Source: Clostridia bacterium
GTDB lineage: Bacteria; Bacillota; Clostridia; UMGS1883
DNA length: 64,000 nucleotides
Reading direction: 5' to 3'
NCBI GenBank assembly: GCA_045544395.1
Contig: JAZPYX010000064.1
Coordinates: 39,411-103,410, forward strand
Below the pieces are notes generated by a model. It did not search any database, was not told the origin of the DNA, and was given only the letters and a program-made list of their open reading frames with translations. Position 1 is the first letter of the stretch. Each line of letters starts with the position of its first letter. Made by a program: the position numbers and the translations under genes. This document shows, piece by piece, positions 1 through 8,381 of the stretch.

Positions 1-1
1 T

Positions 2-802
2 TTATTTGTTTTCAGCCATATCCCACTGAAGCCCTGTGTTTATTACATAACGAAGGGTTCTCGCATCAAGTCTTTCAGTCCAGGGATAATTTTCGTGGTA
101 TATGTCACAGTAGTCTGTACGATAGAGTTCTAACTTTATCTCCGCAGGCATAGTCGGTTTATATGGGAGAAATTTCTTCCCTTCCTTAAGTGCTTTCACA
201 GTGCGGAAGGATGCATCATAAATTTCCTGCCGTGATTTTTTTGTATCGTAAAGCTGTGCCGTGTTTCTGCCGTTAGCTCCTTTAACGCTGACACACTCAA
301 TATCTCCGAAAAAGCTATGTGCTTCACGGACTGCCGCATCATCTCCCGACATCATGGCAAGAGGTACACCGAAATGACCTGCCACCATTGCCCACTGACC
401 AAGTTCCCCGACTTTTCTGCCGTTTATGTAATAATTAAACCACTCTATACTCGACTGGGTATGGTCAAGGAAAGCATTTTGTGTACCTGCCATAGCGTGA
501 GCACCAATAAAGAAGGTTGCATCAAAGCTTTCGTCAAGGCTCTGCCACCAATGTTTGTGTCCCCCGTCAAGAACGGCACGGCTGTCGATAAGACTCTTAT
601 CAATATTATCCCCGGGGCCGTGGCAGTCAAGAACATACACTTCGTCCGCACCTGCATCAAATGCCCCCTTAATTGCCGCATCGGTATCATAGGCAAGCGC
701 TCGGCACGCCTCTTTATTTTCGGGTGTATAAAAGGGAAAAACCTGCTTTATGGAATTAACCTCTGTTGCACCTTCAAGGTCGGTATGGATATAAATTTTC
801 AT
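2..802 (-). CDS. Peptidase M55 family D-aminopeptidase (DppA-like)
   Basis: ORF 2..847(-). The translation from MKIYIHTDLEGATEV.. resembles the characteristic M55/DppA N-terminus. The ATG at 800-802 follows a GAAAGGA RBS, so the 15 upstream in-frame codons are probably not translated. Confidence 0.65.
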   Translation of the reverse strand: MKIYIHTDLEGATEVNSIKQVFPFYTPENKEACRALAYDTDAAIKGAFDAGADEVYVLDCHGPGDNIDKSLIDSRAVLDGGHKHWWQSLDESFDATFFIGAHAMAGTQNAFLDHTQSSIEWFNYYINGRKVGELGQWAMVAGHFGVPLAMMSGDDAAVREAHSFFGDIECVSVKGANGRNTAQLYDTKKSRQEIYDASFRTVKALKEGKKFLPYKPTMPAEIKLELYRTDYCDIYHENYPWTERLDARTLRYVINTGLQWDMAENK

Positions 803-831
803 AACAAACAATCCTTTCAAAATAAATTTAT

Positions 832-849
832 ATTGCAAAAAGTCCACTG
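832..849. promoter_or_regulatory. 18-nt box ATTGCAAAAAGTCCACTG, copy 1 (candidate regulator site / promoter element)
   Basis: The exact 18-mer recurs at 6090..6107. It lies between the divergent M55 peptidase and AraC genes. Its TTGCAA (833..838) plus a 17-nt spacer plus TACTAT (856..861) could be the promoter of the AraC gene. Confidence 0.4.
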
Positions 850-878
850 TTGTGTTACTATTCTCATAGGGTGATTTT

Positions 879-1685
879 ATGATACGTAATACGATTTCCG
901 AGTTTTATAATGACACATTAAAATACGACCATATCTCCTTTGAGGATATGTCCTGGCCGGGGATTGAAACTCAGTCACATACGGGGTATGAAATGATTTT
1001 TTTGAAATCGGGCGATGCTACCTTCATTGCCGATGAAAAAATTTTCAGTGTAAAACCCGGCAGCATAATCCTTACCCCACCTAATACCCGTCACATCATA
1101 AACTTTAACGAAACGGCGTATTATGACAGATTTGATGTGATTTTTGACCCATCTGTAATTCACCCCGAAGTATATAAAGAAATTCCATCTGGGGCAAATG
1201 TTTTTTGTACGGAAAAGCCTGAATATTTTCTCTCCTTGTTTGAAAAAATTGATTTTTACTGCAGACATTTTTCGGGTGATTCTCTTTGCAAAATCATCTT
1301 GAATGTAGTTGAGGAAATCTTTTACAATATCGCGATAGAAACAAAGGAAACCTCCGGAATTGTGCCGTATGACAACTACATTTCCGATTCAACATTTACG
1401 AAAATCATTGAATTTATAAGTAAAAACATCACTAACCCTTTCACCCTCGAAGATATGTGCGATGAACTTTATATTTCAAAAAGCAATCTTCACAAGCTTT
1501 TTTCAAAACACCTCGGTAAAAGCCCCAAAAAATATATTACCGAAAAACGTCTTGCCATAGCACGCCTTGAAATCCTTTCAGGGTCACTTCCTACAGAGGT
1601 TTTCCGTAAATACGGATTTTCTGACTATTCCTCTTTTTACAGAAGTTATCGGGCGTATTATGGACATTCACCATCCGAAACCTAA
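879..1685 (+). CDS. AraC family transcriptional regulator
   Basis: 268 aa. It has an N-terminal cupin-like part and a C-terminal AraC-type double HTH (..LHKLFSKHLGKSPKKYI.. and ..GFSDYSSFYRSYRAYYGHSP..). An AGGGTGA RBS precedes the ATG. Confidence 0.85.
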   Translation: MIRNTISEFYNDTLKYDHISFEDMSWPGIETQSHTGYEMIFLKSGDATFIADEKIFSVKPGSIILTPPNTRHIINFNETAYYDRFDVIFDPSVIHPEVYKEIPSGANVFCTEKPEYFLSLFEKIDFYCRHFSGDSLCKIILNVVEEIFYNIAIETKETSGIVPYDNYISDSTFTKIIEFISKNITNPFTLEDMCDELYISKSNLHKLFSKHLGKSPKKYITEKRLAIARLEILSGSLPTEVFRKYGFSDYSSFYRSYRAYYGHSPSET

Positions 1686-1734
1686 ATATCCGGGGATAAA
1701 AAAATGCTTCAGAACGGACAAACTAAGCTATTGC

Positions 1735-1996
1735 AAATTCGAAATGTGAAGTTCGAAATTCGAAATTACAGTATACTCCGTGAATGGAGCTGAAAGCGAA
1801 CATAAACGGTAAAGTATACTGCATGGCAGAAAGTCCGCAGAAATGAGTGCCCGTGTTATGGCACGAAATTGATGCGATGACTTTTACGGTGATGGATGAT
1901 TTTCTCTGAATAGAAAATCCTTTTATTAAAATGAAGATTTTTGCTTCAGCAAAAATTCACCTTCACTTCGCACTTCGCACTCCGAATTTCGCATTT
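1735..1996. repeat. Imperfect inverted repeats built from heptamer repeats, flanking ~190 bp (MITE-like or structured-RNA locus)
   Basis: The left arm 1735..1767 (TTCGAAAT-type repeats) and right arm 1958..1996 (TTCGCAC repeats) are reverse-complementary at about 25 of 35 positions by eye. Inside are a 9-bp inverted repeat CAGTATACT (1769..1777) / AGTATACTG (1813..1821) and the hairpin TTTTTGC-TTCA-GCAAAAA. The locus sits in a 360-bp convergent intergenic gap. Confidence 0.45.
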
Positions 1997-2047
1997 AAAA
2001 AGTTACCTTTTTGCTTTCTGGACTTTTTTTACATCTCCTTTATAGCT

Positions 2048-4051
2048 TCATCTGTTTGCGGTGATTTTATAGTACAGAGTTTTAAGTTGTGATCTTGTAA
2101 GTGCATCCTTTAATTGAGTATCAGGCTCATAGTCAAGATAAACTATACCATAAGTGTATTCACTCATACGCTCGGCAAGCGAGGAAATTTCGGAATACAG
2201 TTTTTCTTCATCATCACGTTTTTCGTAAAGACAGTTGTAATAATCAAGGCAAAGCACCATCATCCTGAAAACATCAACACCGTACAAAACTCCGCGGATA
2301 TCTTCGTTGATTTTTGAAAGCAGTGCCTCTCCCTCGGGCTTTTTTCTCATATCATGATGGTTAAGGGCAGTGCTTTCGTCAGTAAAAAGTTCGGGAGAAA
2401 GAGATTCTGTTTCTTCCGTTCTTATTTTCCGAAGCTCCCTCAAAGCTTTTTCAAGCTTTTTTACAGTTTCATAACCGCTTGCTACGGCATTTTCTCCCAG
2501 GTGGGATTCGTTATAAAAAGGCTTTGCGGGGATTTTTCCGTCCCACTCGGAAAGGTGTGTGAGAATACTTGTGTCAAACCAGTTGCGCCATGATCCGCAA
2601 TAGCTCACAGCATCCTCGATAAGTCGGTAAGCCTCTTTTGCACGCTCTGCATATTTTCCGTACATATCGTCAAAATACTTGCCGATAAGCTTGTCAGTAT
2701 CGCAGTTTCTGTCACGGCTGATATTAGCAAGCACATATTGATTAAGACTTCTCACTCCCCAGTCGAGGACGGGGGTGTGCATATACTCAATTTCCGTCAC
2801 ACCGCAGTCTATGTAATACTTAACGTCGTTTATTATCCTCTCCGTGAAAAGAAGCGGCAAATCCTCATATTTTGAAACATTATAATACTCATTCATCGCA
2901 AGCATCATGCCCGTTTTTGTCCAGTCATTGAGAGTACGTTTATATATTCTGTTTTTGCCGCAAGTATCGTCGCTTAAATCGTGTTGGTAGCACCTTAAAA
3001 TCGGGCAAAAAAGCGGATAGTCTCCCGCTTTTATAAGATTTTCGGGAACGGGATTCTCAGGTGCTTCAAGGGTATCTGTACCCTCATAAGCATCGAATGA
3101 AAGTCTTATATTATGGTCAATAATACCATCACGATACGCCTGGTCAATTCTTTTTCTTATATGTGAAAGATAATGCAGAGTTCTGTCAGTTCCGTTTCCG
3201 AGGGCACTGCATTTTTCACAATTACAACTTGCCCCCCAGGTATCAAAGCCTGCAAGTTCAAACACCGATTGGTCTTTCCAGTCGGTCTTTATTTTATCAA
3301 TGACAGTTTCCGCAAGCTTGTCAAGTAATTCTTCATTGGTAACACAGAACTGAACGTTAATGGCATTTTTCTCATTTATTTCGCCTTCACGCTTACCGTA
3401 CCAGTCTTTGTGCACGTCAATATAATATCCGCCGTTCTCATCAACGTTTTTCGGATTAAGAATTTTTGTAAAAACGTGGCCACCTGTTTTAAGAGCGAAG
3501 CACAGCTTCTGCTGAAGTTTTTTCGTATTCGGGAAACAAGCGTGTATGTTCATTCTGTTTCTCGCCATCCATACGGTAAGGCTCATTGATTCTTTGAGAA
3601 GTCCTTCAAAATGAAACCCTCTGCCGTCAGGCATATCGTATTTATAATTTTTACATTCAACGGCAATAAGTTTCTTCAATTCAGGGACAAATTCCTCTGT
3701 AGGAGAATACCAGCGAATTCCCTGTGCTTCAAGGAATTCATACACTGCATAAAGCAGTCCTTTTCTAGAATTGCCTTCCAGAACAGCATCACTGCCGTCA
3801 GTGTATATTCTGAATTCTTCTCCATCTTTGTCAAGACACTTGAGAATAATGTTTCTCTCGCCTTTTTCGTAAGATACAGAGGTCTTTATTCCGCATTTAT
3901 TAAGATAAACACAAAGTTCCTCTGCCGCATAAGAAACCGTACATCTTACGGCAGATTCCTTGTCGTTTTCAAAATCAATTTTATTTTCATCATGTGCCCA
4001 AAGTTCATAATACTTTTCCGCATCAGGATATGGAAGCACTATTGTCAACAA
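2048..4051 (-). CDS. DUF4838-like putative glycoside hydrolase
   Basis: 667 aa with no signal peptide. The segments ..RKGLLYAVYEFLEAQGIRWY.. and the Cys-rich ..WGASCNCEKCSALG.. resemble DUF4838 / GH20b-GH67N-like proteins. The start codon is uncertain (TTG at 4051 or GTG at 4039). Confidence 0.5.
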   Translation of the reverse strand: MLTIVLPYPDAEKYYELWAHDENKIDFENDKESAVRCTVSYAAEELCVYLNKCGIKTSVSYEKGERNIILKCLDKDGEEFRIYTDGSDAVLEGNSRKGLLYAVYEFLEAQGIRWYSPTEEFVPELKKLIAVECKNYKYDMPDGRGFHFEGLLKESMSLTVWMARNRMNIHACFPNTKKLQQKLCFALKTGGHVFTKILNPKNVDENGGYYIDVHKDWYGKREGEINEKNAINVQFCVTNEELLDKLAETVIDKIKTDWKDQSVFELAGFDTWGASCNCEKCSALGNGTDRTLHYLSHIRKRIDQAYRDGIIDHNIRLSFDAYEGTDTLEAPENPVPENLIKAGDYPLFCPILRCYQHDLSDDTCGKNRIYKRTLNDWTKTGMMLAMNEYYNVSKYEDLPLLFTERIINDVKYYIDCGVTEIEYMHTPVLDWGVRSLNQYVLANISRDRNCDTDKLIGKYFDDMYGKYAERAKEAYRLIEDAVSYCGSWRNWFDTSILTHLSEWDGKIPAKPFYNESHLGENAVASGYETVKKLEKALRELRKIRTEETESLSPELFTDESTALNHHDMRKKPEGEALLSKINEDIRGVLYGVDVFRMMVLCLDYYNCLYEKRDDEEKLYSEISSLAERMSEYTYGIVYLDYEPDTQLKDALTRSQLKTLYYKITANR

Positions 4052-4081
4052 TAAAATTCACTACCTTCTCATTCGTTGTTT

Positions 4082-5032
4082 TTATAACAGTTTGCTCCAT
4101 TTATTTTTCGCACTTGAAGCCGTCTGAATTGCCGCAAAAATGCGGAATTTATTTCTTTCTGTTGTACTGCGTCCGGTAACAATAAGAAGTCCCTGTGCTT
4201 TATCCTGAACGGCATTTTCAAGAGTAAATCTTAAATTGTGTTCAAGGTTAAAGGTTGAATCTATGGAGCCGGCAGGAATAATATCGTATCCTGCCTCGGT
4301 AAGCTTTCTGTAGCTTTCACGCTTTTTTATATCGTAAGGGTCATCGGGAAGCGGTGCTGAAACATCCGGGAACATATGACCGAAATACCACGGGCTTACC
4401 ACAACATCCTTTCCGATGTTTTTTTCAAAATTTTCAAAGTCTTTCCAAAAAGCATCTGCCCACATCCAGGGTCTTACCCCTTTATCCCTTACACACTGAA
4501 GCATAAACTTAACATCGTGAAGCAGTAGTTCGTGCTGACGGTAGCACGCATAGGTGAGGTTACGCTGACTGTCCTCCCCTTCTTCATTCATACCGATGTG
4601 GAAAAGTTCGGGAGTTTCAAATATATCGCACACCTCATAAATAAGGTCTTTAACTACTTCATAATAATCAGGGGTGGAAAGCATTCTGCCGTAAATACCG
4701 AGCCAAGCATCGTGTGCCGCGGAAAAATTCAGTTTCGGATAAACCTTGAATCCCATAGAACGGAGCCGTCTTACTTCCTCTGTCATATATTCAGGAGTCC
4801 ATCCCCCTTCAATCCACAGTTCGGGATGGGATTTATAGCAAATTGCATCACCGATATTTATAACAAGAGCTTCTACGCCCTTTTCCTTTGCAAAGTCCAC
4901 AACCTGATCCCAGGCTGCCTTCTCGGTAATTATTCTTGTATTGAACACATTACCTGCATAATCGGCACGGGTGGTTGAATCTATGCCGAAATTATCTCCA
5001 AGAGAGAGCATTAAATAGAGTGTGTCTTTCAT
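4082..5032 (-). CDS. Uncharacterised TIM-barrel glycosidase-like protein (paralog A)
   Basis: The ATG at 5030-5032 (MKDTLYLMLSLGDN..) follows a GGGAGG RBS. It is clearly paralogous to the next gene (..HPE..EG.WTPE(Y/F)M..EV(R/K)RLR.., ..YP(K/R)LNFSA.HDAWL..). It contains FHIGMNEE, reminiscent of the GH20 H-x-G-x-D-E segment. Confidence 0.5.
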   Translation of the reverse strand: MKDTLYLMLSLGDNFGIDSTTRADYAGNVFNTRIITEKAAWDQVVDFAKEKGVEALVINIGDAICYKSHPELWIEGGWTPEYMTEEVRRLRSMGFKVYPKLNFSAAHDAWLGIYGRMLSTPDYYEVVKDLIYEVCDIFETPELFHIGMNEEGEDSQRNLTYACYRQHELLLHDVKFMLQCVRDKGVRPWMWADAFWKDFENFEKNIGKDVVVSPWYFGHMFPDVSAPLPDDPYDIKKRESYRKLTEAGYDIIPAGSIDSTFNLEHNLRFTLENAVQDKAQGLLIVTGRSTTERNKFRIFAAIQTASSAKNKWSKLL

Positions 5033-5033
5033 A

Positions 5034-5996
5034 TTATTTACCTCCCAAAAGCTTTTCCCTTGCGTACTTTGCCTGGTATATGGCATCCATATACCAATAC
5101 TTGCTGTCATCCATAGGCGCAGCCCAGCTTCCGCAGATAATCATACCGCGAATTTTGTCCTGATTAAGGTTTTCAAGAGCGTAGCGTATTGTATGCTCAA
5201 AATTATGAGTGTTTACATTTGCTCCGCCCTGAAGCATAATATCAAAGCCGTTTTCCGTGAGAAGCTTGAAGCTTTTGTAGCGGTTTGTGCTCCATTCGTC
5301 AGTAGGAAGAGGATTCTGTGCATCACCGTAAAAGCTACCGTAAAGCCAGTTACACACAAGTACATCCTTTTTGACATTCTTTATAAACTCTTTGGGATAT
5401 GACCAGCAATAGTCACCGCCAATGGCAGGTCTTACGCCTTTTTCTCGGATGCAGTTACACAGGTATTCCACATCGTGCCACACAAGGTCAAACTGACGAT
5501 AGCAGGCAAAATCGTACCGCTGCTGATTTGTCCAGTTTTCCTCATCAAGGACAAGTGAAAAGAATTCGGGGGTGTCAAAAATGTCGCAAACTTCGTGAAT
5601 AAGCTCCCTCGCCACCTCATAATATCGTTGTGTTGAAACCATTCTGGAATATTCCTCAAGCCACGCATCGTGACCTGCAGAAAAGTTAAGTCGGGGATAC
5701 AGTTTTATCCCCTTTTCGTCACGAAGACGCTTTACCTCTGACCGCATAAATTCAGGTGTCCACGCCCCCTCAACGGCAATTTCGGGGTGGGAATCAAACC
5801 TTATACCGTTTGCAATATCAAGAAGAATACTGTCGCAGCCGTTTTCAGCCGCACAATCAACTATTTCGTTCCATGCCTTTACATCTGCCCTCAGTTTTTT
5901 ATAATAAATCTCTCCCTGACAGTCAGGTCTTGTGGGAGAATCGTTCCAGCAGTTGTCCGCAAGACAAACAAGCAAACACCATTTTTCAGCAATCAT
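5034..5996 (-). CDS. Uncharacterised TIM-barrel glycosidase-like protein (paralog B)
   Basis: The ATG at 5994-5996 (MIAEKWCLLVCLADN..) follows a GGAGGA RBS. The longer ORF extending to 6146 has no RBS and no homology to paralog A. The position equivalent to FHIGMNEE reads FSLVLDEE. Confidence 0.5.
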   Translation of the reverse strand: MIAEKWCLLVCLADNCWNDSPTRPDCQGEIYYKKLRADVKAWNEIVDCAAENGCDSILLDIANGIRFDSHPEIAVEGAWTPEFMRSEVKRLRDEKGIKLYPRLNFSAGHDAWLEEYSRMVSTQRYYEVARELIHEVCDIFDTPEFFSLVLDEENWTNQQRYDFACYRQFDLVWHDVEYLCNCIREKGVRPAIGGDYCWSYPKEFIKNVKKDVLVCNWLYGSFYGDAQNPLPTDEWSTNRYKSFKLLTENGFDIMLQGGANVNTHNFEHTIRYALENLNQDKIRGMIICGSWAAPMDDSKYWYMDAIYQAKYAREKLLGGK

Positions 5997-6089
5997 AGCT
6001 TTTCCTCCATAATAAGATTGAAAAATTTCTCTTACAATCATTTTACCACGATAATTTTTCCTTGTAAATTGCAAAAATAAGAAAAGCAC

Positions 6090-6107
6090 ATTGCAAAAAG
6101 TCCACTG
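6090..6107. promoter_or_regulatory. 18-nt box ATTGCAAAAAGTCCACTG, copy 2
   Basis: It is identical to 832..849 and lies ~95 nt upstream of the paralog B start codon. A partial extra copy ATTGCAAAAA lies 22 bp away (6068..6077). On the minus strand, a TTTACA-N17-TAAAAT promoter-like sequence lies between the box and the gene. Confidence 0.4.
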
Positions 6108-6120
6108 AATTCTATCTCTA

Positions 6121-6220
6121 AAAAAGAAGCGTGCCGCTTCACCCACGTCGCGTCCAAACTTTACTTAAAACCCACAAATATTGCTCGCGATAAAAAACGC
6201 AATTTCCTATACGCTAAAAA
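6121..6220. other. Conserved ~100-nt intergenic element, copy A (candidate small RNA or regulatory module)
   Basis: It shares AAAAAGAAGCGTG.C.CTTCACCC..GTCGCGT.C and GCAATTTCCTATAC.GTAAAAA blocks with 34348..34447. It contains the hairpin GAAGCG-TGC-CGCTTC, which on the minus strand is followed by a T-run. Confidence 0.4.
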
Positions 6221-6259
6221 AATTGTACATTTTGGGGACTGTCCCCAAAATGTACAATT
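6221..6259. terminator. Bidirectional intrinsic terminator downstream of spoVT
   Basis: A near-perfect palindrome AATTGTACATTTTGGGGAC.GTCCCCAAAATGTACAATT is flanked by an A7 run and a T7 run. It ends 4 nt from the spoVT stop codon. Confidence 0.8.
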
Positions 6260-6262
6260 TTT

Positions 6263-6808
6263 TTATTCTTCCATTTGTTTTCCCAAGAACCCTGCCGCAC
6301 TCTGGCAAAGCTTCTTCTCAACTTCACCCACGGGCATTGATTCTTTATCTGACACCATCATAACGCTTCCTATGCTGTCACCTTCACTGATAATGGGTGC
6401 CACAACTCCTGCAAAATACTTTTCAGAACCTTCAACTACGGGAAGTCCTTCCCCGCCTCTTGAATCAATCACAAAGATATTTTTCTTTTCCATGGTTTTT
6501 TCTACATCTTCGCTGATTCGTTTTTCAACAAGTTCCTTTTTAGGTGCACCGGAAACTGCTATAACACTGTCCTTATCAGTTATTACAACCGCTAGTCCGC
6601 TTGTCTTTGAAAGGGTTTCTGCATAGCCTGCAGCAAACTCTCCCAATTCACCAATAGGAGAATATTTTTTGAAAATAACTTCTCCATCACGTTCAGTAAA
6701 AATTTCCAGAGGGTCTCCTTCTCGTATTCTCATTGTTCTTCTTATTTCTTTTGGTATAACTACACGACCAAGGTCGTCTATTCTACGGACTATACCTGTT
6801 GCTTTCAT
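6263..6808 (-). CDS. spoVT: Stage V sporulation protein T (AbrB-family regulator with GAF-like C-terminal domain)
   Basis: 181 aa. The N-terminus MKATGIVRRIDDLGRVVIPKEIRRTMRIREGDPLEIF is a SpoVT/AbrB swapped-hairpin domain. The ~130-aa C-terminal extension is as in SpoVT (AbrB itself is ~95 aa). Confidence 0.85.
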   Translation of the reverse strand: MKATGIVRRIDDLGRVVIPKEIRRTMRIREGDPLEIFTERDGEVIFKKYSPIGELGEFAAGYAETLSKTSGLAVVITDKDSVIAVSGAPKKELVEKRISEDVEKTMEKKNIFVIDSRGGEGLPVVEGSEKYFAGVVAPIISEGDSIGSVMMVSDKESMPVGEVEKKLCQSAAGFLGKQMEE

Positions 6809-7320
6809 ATAATTAATCTCCTTTATTTTTATATTTGAAAAACACCGAAAAAGCCTGATGTATAAGGCTTTTCAGGGGATACCTTATTTTGAAAATTGTT
6901 CTGTTTTACGCTCGATTTTAGCATAGAAATTGCACCAACTTTTTTCTGCATAAAATCAGAATATAAATCAAATAAACCGATATTACGACTCTTTTTGAAA
7001 AAAATCGCAACACGTCCCAAATCCCTGTTCATGTGAATTTCTTATTACTATTATTTCTATTTTTTCAGGGATTATGTGTCAATAAAATATAAATATAAAA
7101 GATTAACCAATTATTATTTCATGAATTTTATTTTTAACAGATGAGCAAAAGCATCATCTAATGTTCTGTCTGTATCTGCATATGATAGATGAATACAACC
7201 GGTTTTTTTCTTGGATTATACATAGTATAAGATTATTCTCCTTAGTATTTAGTATATTTTATAAAATCTATAATTTTTCTACATTGCGGTCAAGCATTAT
7301 ATAATAGGATTTATCAAATA

Positions 7321-8361
7321 TTAAACCCGCTTTACATAAAACGTATTTTTCCCGGCACCGTGCTTTACGATATAGTTATCTGCTGTTAGTTTTTTCAGAT
7401 GCCTTTCAACAGTAGAGGCACTAAGTGACGGACAAAGTTCTGATATTTCTTTTTTTGTGAACTTACCTAATTTATTATCAATTGCATTTTTTACAGTATC
7501 AAGAGAAGTTGAACTTACAATGTTGATTCTGTCATCAAGGTCACGATATGCGGCAATTATAGTACTAAGCAGATATTTTATAAATGCAGTTGCATCATCC
7601 TTGCCTTCGTGCCATCCTTCCTGCGAGTCTTCCAATGCGGCATAATATGCTTCCTTATTGTTTGCAATTTTCGCTTCCAACGAAATATATTTACCAATTT
7701 TATATCCACTTCTATATAACAATAAAGTAGTCAGCAATCTTGACATTCTTCCGTTTCCATCAAGGAATGGATGAATACACAGAAAATCGTGGATAAAAAC
7801 CGGAACTATCAGAAGTGGGTCGATTTTGCCTTCTCCGATTGTACGATTGAATTCGTCACAGATTTCTTTAATAGCATCGGGTGTTTCATAGGGAGCTAAT
7901 GGTGTAAATAAGTTAAAGCGTTTACCCGTTTCATCTGTTGCACTAATATAGTTTTGCACATTCTTAAAAGAACCCCCAAAACCGGAATCCGTGTGACTTA
8001 AAAGTATTTTATGAAGCTGCAAAATATAATTTGGTGTAAGCGGAATATATTCAAAATTCTCATGAACTACATTAAGTGCATCTCGGTATCCGGCAATTTC
8101 TTTTTCATCGCGGTTGCGAGGTGCAGTTTTTTCATTCATCAACTGACGCAAACGAGTTTCAGTAGTTCTAATACCCTCTATTGAGTTAGAAGCTTCTGTA
8201 CTTTGAACTTTTGCTATTTCAACTAATTTATTAAGTTCTAATGTTTTTCGCTGAATATATGAAGTCTGTTTTCCTCTATATTCGTGAATAAGAGATAAGT
8301 AATTAATAACTTCATTATCCCATTTCTTATTAATAAGCTCAGTATAGTCAAAACGACGCAT
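7321..8361 (-). CDS. Fic family protein (class II, N-terminal inhibitory helix, C-terminal winged HTH)
   Basis: It has the Fic motif HPFLDGNGRMSRLL and an upstream SNSIEG that fits the (S/T)xxxE(G/N) auto-inhibition motif. The C-terminal ~70 aa (..FTKKEISELCPSLSASTVERHLKKL..) look like a wHTH. Confidence 0.85.
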   Translation of the reverse strand: MRRFDYTELINKKWDNEVINYLSLIHEYRGKQTSYIQRKTLELNKLVEIAKVQSTEASNSIEGIRTTETRLRQLMNEKTAPRNRDEKEIAGYRDALNVVHENFEYIPLTPNYILQLHKILLSHTDSGFGGSFKNVQNYISATDETGKRFNLFTPLAPYETPDAIKEICDEFNRTIGEGKIDPLLIVPVFIHDFLCIHPFLDGNGRMSRLLTTLLLYRSGYKIGKYISLEAKIANNKEAYYAALEDSQEGWHEGKDDATAFIKYLLSTIIAAYRDLDDRINIVSSTSLDTVKNAIDNKLGKFTKKEISELCPSLSASTVERHLKKLTADNYIVKHGAGKNTFYVKRV

Positions 8362-8381
8362 CTCGCAACCTCCTTTTCTTT

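Noticed and set aside
317-874. 185-aa plus-strand ORF overlapping the M55 peptidase gene
   Set aside because: It lies entirely antisense to a well-supported gene, has no RBS, and its Cys/Ile/Phe-rich composition is typical of shadow frames. The same reasoning applies to 3611..4054, 4532..4978, 15676..16119, 17715..18254, 36600..36908, 52299..52745, 54762..55280, 56645..57040, 59485..60132 and the other antisense ORFs in the track.
5997-6146. N-terminal 50-codon extension of paralog B (ORF 5034..6146)
   Set aside because: The extension has no RBS and no similarity to paralog A. The internal ATG at 5996 has a GGAGGA RBS and aligns with the paralog A start.
6829-7032. 67-aa minus-strand ORF in the AT-rich gap between spoVT and fic
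   Set aside because: It has no RBS and a low-complexity, Lys/Phe-rich translation. It also overlaps a hairpin (AAAAGCCT..AGGCTTTT at ~6852..6875). I treat it as non-coding.
7130-7215. 21-codon minus-strand ORF (MYNPRKKPVVFIYHMQIQTEH) downstream of fic
   Set aside because: The AAGGAG-like sequence is 14 nt from the ATG, the peptide has no recognisable features, and the region looks like decayed non-coding DNA.
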